Origin: Puniceicoccales bacterium
GTDB lineage: Bacteria; Verrucomicrobiota; Verrucomicrobiia; Opitutales; JAIRLG01
Assembly (NCBI GenBank): GCA_031288595.1
Contig: JAITRB010000020.1
Span: 1-11,823, forward strand
DNA: 11,823 nt
Reading direction: 5' to 3'
The translations under genes and the position numbers were made by a program. The notes below the pieces were generated by a model that had not been told where the DNA came from, did not search any database, and saw nothing but the letters and a program-made list of their open reading frames with translations. Of this stretch, positions 6,268-11,823 are shown one piece after another (the first letter of the stretch is position 1; every line of letters begins with the position of its first letter).

Positions 6268-7785
6268 CTAGGTATCCGTTTCGCCTGCCACGGCCCTCGC
6301 CTGCTCGACTCGCACGCTCAGCTTCTTGACCGAAAAGAGCCAGAAGCCACAGACCAGGACGAAGATCAGAAAGGAATAGGGGGCGATGAGGAAGTAGGAG
6401 GCATTGGGCACCAACACCAGCAGTGCGGCCTGAATCCAGGCCCCTCCGGCTTTGCCCAGGCGGCCACCGACCACATCGACCACCGCCTTGCCCTTCACCT
6501 TCATCTCCTCGTTCAGCGGGATATAGGCCATCTCCTTCGTCAGGTCGAAGAGCGCGTACTTCGTCGACTTGCAGATGATCAGGATCACCGTACCCAGGAT
6601 GACGGCGGCGAAGAGCGGCGTCAGGCCGATCGTACCCAAAACAGGGGCCAGGCTTTCGCGGAAGAGCACGAAGATGAAGAACAAGCTGCCGAGCAGAAGG
6701 ATGATCGCGGGCGTGATGGCCGCCGCGATCAACCAGCGGAACAGGCGCAAGACATTTCCCCCCACGATCATCATGATCATCGAGACGACTCCCGTCCAAA
6801 AGGTATACCAGCTCATATAGGTATTGAACGCATTGGGACTGCCGCAGTGCATGCCCACTTGCTTCTTCCAAAGAACCTCAATGAGATTGACACTGGTGCC
6901 GTAGCAGATGATCAGGGATGCGATGAACAGCAGGTACGGAGAGGTGAAGATCGTCATCAGGCTCTGCAAAAACGGCGTTTTCTTTTTCTTCTTCGACACC
7001 CCAGGAAGCTCGGGCTTGTCGTAGAAGCGCTTATCAGTCAGGATATGGCGATAGATCCAGCGATAAATCAGCATGGTTGCAACGCCGGACAGGACAACGA
7101 AGCCCATCAGCCAGTGGAGCGAGACCTGCCAACGATCGACTCCTGGGCTCTCGGGGATGTTGGAAAATCTTTCCCCGAACCAGCCGGAGAACAGCAGGGC
7201 CAGCTGAGCCACCAGGCCGAAAAAGGCATAAACCCGTTTCGACTCCGAGGTTTTGGTCACCTGGTTGGCGAACTGCCAGAAGGAAAGGGAGAGGATCGCG
7301 CTTCCCCATATCTCGGCGAGGATGTAAAAAAGCGCATACGACCAGATACCGACGATGGCCAATGGCCACTTGAGAAAACCAGGAGCGGCGGCCTGCCAGG
7401 CCCGAACGGTCTCCTGAGCCGGATGCAGGAGGTCCAGATGGGGATAGATCAGGAAGGCGAAGGCGCCGAAGAAGATGATGAAGGGCGAGAGCGTGGCATA
7501 GAACAGATGCTCATTGCTCAGGAGATCGCTCGCCTTCGTGTAGAGCAGCATGAAGATGATGGCTGACGGCATGACGCAGAAGCCCTTCAGGAAAGGGATC
7601 ACCTCCGCATCGGAACCCGGGCCGGTCACCACCAGGGCATCCTTGATGTTCCGCAGACAGGAGTAGTTGAAGAGGATGAAGAAGAAGATCAGGCTCATGG
7701 GGATGACCTTTTTCAGCTCATAGGTGTGGAGCGGAAAGAACATCCTGCGCCACCTGCCGAATTGCGATGCTGCTACTTCTGTCAT
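6268..7785 (-). CDS. tlc: ADP/ATP (nucleotide) translocase, TLC/NTT family
   Basis: 505-aa polytopic membrane protein. The N-terminus 'FGRWRRMFFPLHTYELKKVIPMSLIFFFILFNYSCLRNIKDALVVTG' matches the conserved start of Chlamydia/Rickettsia Npt/Tlc transporters as I recall them. Many hydrophobic segments and a 'KKKKK' loop are present. ATG at 7783-7785. Confidence 0.88.
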   Translation of the reverse strand: MTEVAASQFGRWRRMFFPLHTYELKKVIPMSLIFFFILFNYSCLRNIKDALVVTGPGSDAEVIPFLKGFCVMPSAIIFMLLYTKASDLLSNEHLFYATLSPFIIFFGAFAFLIYPHLDLLHPAQETVRAWQAAAPGFLKWPLAIVGIWSYALFYILAEIWGSAILSLSFWQFANQVTKTSESKRVYAFFGLVAQLALLFSGWFGERFSNIPESPGVDRWQVSLHWLMGFVVLSGVATMLIYRWIYRHILTDKRFYDKPELPGVSKKKKKTPFLQSLMTIFTSPYLLFIASLIICYGTSVNLIEVLWKKQVGMHCGSPNAFNTYMSWYTFWTGVVSMIMMIVGGNVLRLFRWLIAAAITPAIILLLGSLFFIFVLFRESLAPVLGTIGLTPLFAAVILGTVILIICKSTKYALFDLTKEMAYIPLNEEMKVKGKAVVDVVGGRLGKAGGAWIQAALLVLVPNASYFLIAPYSFLIFVLVCGFWLFSVKKLSVRVEQARAVAGETDT

Positions 7786-7863
7786 GATGATCGTTGTCTA
7801 AGGTGAAACCTGCCTCTAGCTGAAACCGCTTTCCGCAAGCAAAGCAAGCTTTTTCTCCTCGCG

Positions 7864-7984
7864 TGGTGCGATGGCCCGTCGCCAGCTGCGCGGCTCCGCC
7901 GCACAGCTGGCGACCCCGGGCTGGCACCCGCTCTGCAGAGCGGGTGCCAGCCCTTCTTTGCTCTGCAAAGAGGCCATCGCACCA
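7864..7984. repeat. Cloverleaf-like composite palindromic intergenic element, copy B
   Basis: A 12-13-bp closing stem (GGTGCGATGGCC 7865-7876 / GGCCATCGCACC 7972-7983) encloses three hairpins. Hairpin 1 is 7878-7914 (11 bp, C.A mismatch, 5 bp, TCC loop). Hairpin 2 is 7918-7953 (perfect palindrome of about 16 bp). Hairpin 3 is 7956-7970 (CTTTGC-tct-GCAAAG). It shares the third hairpin and the stem core with copy A. Confidence 0.7.
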
Positions 7985-8139
7985 AAGAGAATCACCCCAT
8001 CTTAGTATTTCTATGCTAGGGAATCCCCTTGCCCTGCCAACTGGGCCCCGGGGGAGAAGAGTAGGATTGGTCCCCCGGAGCTGAAACACAGGAGACGCAC
8101 GAGCGCGCCGGCCCTTAGAATCCAGGGTGGACGATTTTC

Positions 8140-8931
8140 TCAAGCCCCGTCGCACGGATAGAAGGGCAAGAGCTTCGTCCCGAAAATGCCATGGGCCCGA
8201 AGAAATGCATCTCGGCTCTCCGGGGATAGCTTTCCCCACTGCTTTTGGAGCGAAGGAGGCAGCAGAACCACATGAATGGCCAGCCATTGGGGCTCATCTG
8301 CCAGGTTCAGATCTCCCTCCGCCCAGGCCCGCCAGGAGAAGAATTCGGGAAAATCCCCATACCGGAGGAGATTGCCAGCCGATGACAGATCGCCCTCGGC
8401 GGCATACTGGATCCGCCAGGAGACGATCCGGTCGGCGAAGAGGGTCTCTGGCAAAATGCCCGGCGTCGCCGCCGGCCCAGGAAACATCTTGCGGAACGAG
8501 GGATAGACCTTGCTGCCCAGGCTGAAGGAATCGCAGAGTGCCATTGACTCCTCCGAATGCCTCGACAACCCGGAACGGTACACGGCCTGACTCCCGGGAA
8601 AAGCTTCCTCTCGGGCCCACAGGACATAGGCCATCTGTCCGCTCTCGTTCCGGCTGGACAGGATCAGGTGCGTACCGCTGCCCAAGATTTGGAGATCTCC
8701 CTCGACACGATCGAGGCGGCAGGCAAGGCGAGCCCAATCCTCCTGGATTCTCCAGAAGAGGCGTTCTTTTTCCTCCACCAGCCGCAGCTTCTCCTGAAGC
8801 CGGGACCATCGGCCAGCCATGCGGGCCCAGGGAGGCAGGACAAGGACAACAAGTATGAGCAGGAGGGTACTCACCATCAGCAGTTCCAGAAGCGAAAACC
8901 CTTCCTGGGGTCTATGTTTCAAGGAAAACAT
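8140..8931 (-). CDS. Prepilin-type N-terminal cleavage/methylation domain protein (pseudopilin-like, type II secretion / type IV pilus family)
   Basis: 263-aa ORF. The N-terminus 'HRPQEGFSLLELLMVSTLLLILVVLVL' gives the G|F-S-L-x-E motif followed by a hydrophobic helix. I do not recognise the rest of the protein. ATG at 8929-8931. Confidence 0.7.
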   Translation of the reverse strand: MFSLKHRPQEGFSLLELLMVSTLLLILVVLVLPPWARMAGRWSRLQEKLRLVEEKERLFWRIQEDWARLACRLDRVEGDLQILGSGTHLILSSRNESGQMAYVLWAREEAFPGSQAVYRSGLSRHSEESMALCDSFSLGSKVYPSFRKMFPGPAATPGILPETLFADRIVSWRIQYAAEGDLSSAGNLLRYGDFPEFFSWRAWAEGDLNLADEPQWLAIHVVLLPPSLQKQWGKLSPESRDAFLRAHGIFGTKLLPFYPCDGA

Positions 8932-9055
8932 GAAAGGACAAAAGAATCTCCCTTCCGCCGAAAGGCATGGAGCTGAAAATAAATCTCCGATCCCATCGAA
9001 CTCCCTGCGGGAGCTAGGGTTAATCTTAGCGAAAATCCATCCCTGTGTCTCGCCT

Positions 9056-9088
9056 AAAAATGAAGAGAGGGAAATCCAAGATTTCCCT
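9056..9088 (-). terminator. Probable intrinsic terminator downstream of mip
   Basis: A 9-bp stem, AGGGAAATC (9068-9076) / GATTTCCCT (9080-9088), has a 3-nt loop and lies 45 nt after the stop at 9133. On the minus strand it is followed by CTCTTCATTTTT (plus-strand A5 at 9056-9060). Confidence 0.4.
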
Positions 9089-9132
9089 CCCCGGGTGTGA
9101 GAAATTTTGCCCTCGAACCCCTACTTAGAGAC

Positions 9133-10188
9133 CTATAGCTCCTCTAGAGCCTCATCGGAGTCCGAGAAGTTCGGGAAAATCTCCTCATCGGAGGATGAGC
9201 TTTCTTGAAATTCAAGCGAAGAACTGGATTCCGATTTGCCCTCTTTTTTACCCGATGCTCCTTTATCACTTCCCGATTCCTTCAGGGCCGTCTGGAGAGC
9301 CTCCAGGTCGAACTTCGGCTTCGGTGCGTTTTTGCAATCGATCAGTTCCACTTCGAAGCACAGCAGCGAGCCCGCCGGAATCTTCGGCAAATCATGATCT
9401 CCATAGCCCAGGTCGGACGGGATCCACAGCTTCACGACTCCGCCCTTGGCCACCAGTGGCACTCCTTCGCTGAAACCAGGGATCACATCCCCCAGCAGGA
9501 AGGAAGCCGGATCTCGCCCCTTGGAGCTGTCGAACACCGTCCCATCGATGAGTGCTCCGCTGTAGTGGATCGTTACCTCGTGCTCCAGGCCTGGGTGCTC
9601 CCCTTCGCCCGCCTTGACGATCTTGTAGCGCAGGCCACTATCCGTCTTTTTGACCATCGGATCTTTGTCCAGGTTTTTGAGAAAATCCTCCGCCTTTTTC
9701 TTGTTTTCCGCTGCTGTTCTTTTCATCTCCTCTTCTCGAATCTTGGCCTGGGCCTCGGCCTTTTGGCGGAAGTATGGCATCGCCTCCCTCATCGCCTCTT
9801 CCTCTACTTCGCCCCCCTCGGCAACCCCTTCCAGTACGCACTTAATGCACTCCGGGGACAGCCCCAGCTCCTCAAGTCCCGCCTGTTTTCGAAGCATCCG
9901 ACCCAGGGTCCTGCAGTATCGGCATTCCTCTTCCTTCGTGAAAACCTTGGGCTTTGGAGCTTCCTGCTCGCCGTCAGAAGGGACCTCTGGCTTCACCGCA
10001 GCGGGCTTCGGAGCCTCGGAAGCCGGTGATGCTTTCGGCTTGTCGGCGCTTGCTTCCTGTGGCTTCACCGTTGAGATATGGGCGCTCGATGGCGTTACGA
10101 CCCCATGCTTCTTGCCCGGCCCAGCGGCGGCCAGAACAACACTCGTCCCACAGCACAGGGAGATCAAAACAACCCATTTCTTTTCCAT
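9133..10188 (-). CDS. mip: FKBP-type peptidyl-prolyl cis-trans isomerase, Mip-like, with signal peptide
   Basis: 351 aa. The hydrophobic N-terminus is 'MEKKWVVLISLCCGTSVVLAAAG'. The FKBP domain is 'VTIHYSGALIDGTVFDSS...FLLGDVIPGFSEGVPLV..GGVVKLWIPSDLGYG...IPAGSLLCFEVELID'. A helical FKBP_N-like region lies upstream of it. The ATG at 10186-10188 has AAGGA about 9 nt upstream. Confidence 0.9.
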   Translation of the reverse strand: MEKKWVVLISLCCGTSVVLAAAGPGKKHGVVTPSSAHISTVKPQEASADKPKASPASEAPKPAAVKPEVPSDGEQEAPKPKVFTKEEECRYCRTLGRMLRKQAGLEELGLSPECIKCVLEGVAEGGEVEEEAMREAMPYFRQKAEAQAKIREEEMKRTAAENKKKAEDFLKNLDKDPMVKKTDSGLRYKIVKAGEGEHPGLEHEVTIHYSGALIDGTVFDSSKGRDPASFLLGDVIPGFSEGVPLVAKGGVVKLWIPSDLGYGDHDLPKIPAGSLLCFEVELIDCKNAPKPKFDLEALQTALKESGSDKGASGKKEGKSESSSSLEFQESSSSDEEIFPNFSDSDEALEEL

Positions 10189-10309
10189 AGCAAGGATCCT
10201 TTATTGTGAAATTTACCGGCAGGTAAAGAAAAAAGAAGGGCGAGTTCTTCCAAAGCTCAGTTTCCCCTGAGTTACGAATGCGATCGGAACGAATTTCCGC
10301 CCCAAAACC

Positions 10310-10477
10310 CTAGGGAGTCGGCAGGGTCAGCGGCTCCATGCGGGCCAAAATTTCCGCCACCTGGAGCTCCGCCTCCGGTGTCATCTGCCCACTGCTCCGA
10401 ATCTGCTCCACGCCCCTTTTAAATTCCTCGACACCCTGACGTACCTTAGCCCGGGCCTTAAGTTCTTCCCTCGTCAT
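10310..10477 (-). CDS. Small hypothetical protein (55 aa, predicted helical); not in the supplied ORF track
   Basis: Hand translation: MTREELKARAKVRQGVEEFKRGVEQIRSSGQMTPEAELQVAEILARMEPLTLPTP*. The ATG at 10475-10477 has AAGGA about 10 nt upstream (minus strand 'gaaaggatgagataagATG'). It lies 51 nt downstream of the preceding ORF. No homology was recognised. Confidence 0.4.
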   Translation of the reverse strand: MTREELKARAKVRQGVEEFKRGVEQIRSSGQMTPEAELQVAEILARMEPLTLPTP

Positions 10478-10528
10478 CTTATCTCATCCTTTCTATCCAT
10501 ATCCTTGTTTTACCAGACCTATGAGCCC

Positions 10529-11014
10529 CTATAAATCCCGCACCGGCGCAGGATCTGCAGGGACCAGAGGAATGTCCGATATCGTCGAGGTTTCTGATCC
10601 CCGATCAGGTCCTCCCATCGCACCGACAGATCCCCCTATTCCTTGGCTAATTGCCCCCGAAACGCGTCGTCCCACGGCAATGCCCAGTTCTCTCACGCCC
10701 CCAGTCACTGCAGCAGCATCTCTGAGGGCATTCTTAAGCGCCTCCGCTAGGGTCCGCAGGATGGGAGAAAAAACCTTCTCCCTGAGCCAAGTCAAGGCCG
10801 ACTTAAGTGTATCTAAAAACTTCTGAGCTGCTGTTGTCTTCACCTCTCCTGTGACTCCCGCTGCACCGGCCTGTACCGCTGAAGAAGCTTCTCCCATCTG
10901 CCCAGCCAATCGAGAATTCTCTCCTCCACTCGCAACTTCGCCAGGATTCTCAGGAATGCCCTCATCCCAGCTCGTTCTGGAAACCGATATCCCGTCTCCC
11001 ACTCTATCTCCCAT
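10529..11014 (-). CDS. Hypothetical protein (161 aa; disordered acidic/Gly N-terminus, amphipathic central helix, glycine-zipper-like C-terminal segment)
   Basis: The ATG at 11012-11014 has a strong SD (minus strand 'agaGGAGGgtgttggtATG'). The segment 'GRRVSGAISQGIGGSVGAMGG' has a small-xxx-small/GxxxG pattern. No family was recognised. Confidence 0.6.
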   Translation of the reverse strand: MGDRVGDGISVSRTSWDEGIPENPGEVASGGENSRLAGQMGEASSAVQAGAAGVTGEVKTTAAQKFLDTLKSALTWLREKVFSPILRTLAEALKNALRDAAAVTGGVRELGIAVGRRVSGAISQGIGGSVGAMGGPDRGSETSTISDIPLVPADPAPVRDL

Positions 11015-11059
11015 ACCAACACCCTCCTCTCTTAAGTTTAAACCTTAAGTACTAGCTTA

Positions 11060-11087
11060 AGTTTACAGATCACGAGATGATCGTCAA
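11060..11087 (-). promoter_or_regulatory. Candidate sigma70-type promoter for the 10529-11014 gene
   Basis: The minus strand reads TTGACG (11087-11082), a 16-nt spacer, then TAAACT (11065-11060), about 45 nt upstream of the ATG at 11014. This rests on a consensus match only. Confidence 0.3.
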
Positions 11088-11111
11088 GCTCCAATACACA
11101 TCCCATGTCCC

Positions 11112-11189
<78 letters not shown>

Positions 11190-11280
11190 CATTGTTCCAA
11201 TGGTGATGGATCGGCGAATTCTTGGCAAGTGCATTCTGGAGCGCCGGTGGGCTCATCCCCAGCGGCGCAAGCCTATCCTA

Positions 11281-11580
11281 CTATTCACAGCCTGTTCACA
11301 ATTTCTCCGCCCGCCGACATCCTCATAATAAGGTATAGTAATTCTTAGTATTCTTATTATGCTCTGTGGATTTCTGAACAAGTGCGATCGAGCTAGTATT
11401 TAGGCTCTTTCCCAGAATTTTGGGCTATGAATAGCTTTGGGAATAAGCTGTGAATGAAAAAGAATATCTCTCCTCCCCGGTGGACTTATTCACAGTTATT
11501 CACGGCTTATTCTTGGGTTATTCACAGGTGTCTGTGAATGGAGAGGGCGCATTTTCAGCGAGATCTGGCTTTGTGAATTG
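11281..11580. other. Candidate chromosomal replication origin (oriC): DnaA-box-like cluster plus AT-rich unwinding element
   Basis: TTATTCACA occurs at 11486-11494 and 11518-11526, a perfect fit to TTATNCACA. Near-matches are TTATTCACG (11496-11504), TTATTCTTG (11507-11515) and CTATTCACA (11281-11289). Reverse-oriented TGTGAAT cores lie at 11449, 11533 and 11572. The heptamer ATTCACA/TGTGAAT occurs 6 times in 300 bp. An AT-rich block lies at 11321-11361. Confidence 0.55.
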
Positions 11581-11706
11581 TTTTTCTCGCGTGCTGTGAG
11601 GATCCCGCTCTGCATGCCATGCTGCCCCTGCCGGCGGTCTTTGCAGCTCTGGCAGGTTTTTCGCTTAAAATCCCCTAGGGAAAACGGGGCTTGTCTGGTA
11701 GCCGAC

Positions 11707-11823
11707 TTATCGGCGCGTCCGCCGAAAGATGTATTCCTGACAGAAGAAGTAGCCGGAGCCAGCGATGAGGCCGCCCAGGTGGGCAGAGTGCGCGATAAGG
11801 TCGCGTCCCGGAAGCTCGAGGAG
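11707..11823 (-). CDS. Rhomboid-family intramembrane serine protease, C-terminal fragment (gene continues beyond the window)
   Basis: Hand translation of the minus strand from 11823: LLELPGRDLIAHSAHLGGLIAGSGYFFCQEYIFRRTRR*. 'AHSAHLGGLIAG' matches the rhomboid catalytic-His TM motif (AH.AHLGG...G). The stop TAA is at 11707-11709. Confidence 0.6.
   Translation of the reverse strand, partial: LLELPGRDLIAHSAHLGGLIAGSGYFFCQEYIFRRTRR

Noticed and set aside
6253-7566. 437-aa plus-strand ORF opposite the translocase gene
   Set aside because: It lies entirely antisense to a gene with a strong family match. The translation is low-complexity and rich in D/H/R/E/Q ('HDHHDHRDDSRPKG'). This is a typical shadow ORF in GC-rich DNA.
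8048-8078. Hairpin CCGGGGGA-n15-TCCCCCGG downstream of the pseudopilin gene, considered as a terminator
   Set aside because: It has a large 15-nt loop and no T-tract on the minus strand, so the evidence for an intrinsic terminator is insufficient.
7718-8287. 189-aa minus-strand ORF spanning the pseudopilin-tlc intergenic region
   Set aside because: It overlaps both neighbouring genes and reads straight through the palindromic cloverleaf element. It has no SD and no recognisable domain, and its composition is that of GC-rich non-coding sequence.
11486-11526. Tandem TTATTC(A/T)(C/T)(A/G) repeats considered as a CRISPR array or other tandem repeat
   Set aside because: The period is only 10-11 bp, with no spacers of CRISPR size. 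The units match the DnaA-box consensus, so they are interpreted as protein-binding sites.
11627-11661. CCTGCC-n18-GGCAGG followed by TTTTT on the plus strand, and the CCCC/GGGG hairpin at 11672-11689
   Set aside because: The first is oriented for a plus-strand transcript, but no plus-strand gene lies upstream. The second has only a 4-bp stem. Neither is strong enough to call as a terminator.

Overview
The window is about 57% GC by eye and gene-dense. Every recognisable gene lies on the minus strand. Reading right to left: the 3' end of a rhomboid protease, an AT-rich intergenic region with a phased cluster of DnaA-box-like 9-mers (candidate oriC), tRNA-Glu(UUC), two orphan hypothetical genes (one below the ORF-track cutoff), a Mip-like FKBP isomerase, a lone prepilin-type (pseudopilin-like) protein, a TLC-family ADP/ATP translocase, a HAD phosphatase, an orphan OmpR-type response regulator, a 927-aa class I ribonucleotide reductase alpha homolog, a DUF721/DciA-like protein and TadA. 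The transporter, the Mip-like protein and the prepilin-type protein suggest an intracellular PVC-group (Chlamydiota-like) bacterium; this is inference only. There are three main leads. (1) The RNR alpha homolog keeps its ATP-cone and fold motifs but has substitutions at the thiyl-radical Cys, the partner Asn, one redox Cys, the Tyr-Tyr dyad and the C-terminal Cys pair, so it looks like a conserved pseudoenzyme. (2) A 105-121 nt cloverleaf-like repeat occurs twice, upstream of the transporter unit and upstream of the RNR-like unit, with compensatory changes in its stems. (3) The DnaA-box array with an AT-rich unwinding element marks a candidate origin. No CRISPR array, transposase or rRNA gene was seen. 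All family assignments come from motif recognition by eye; no searches were run.
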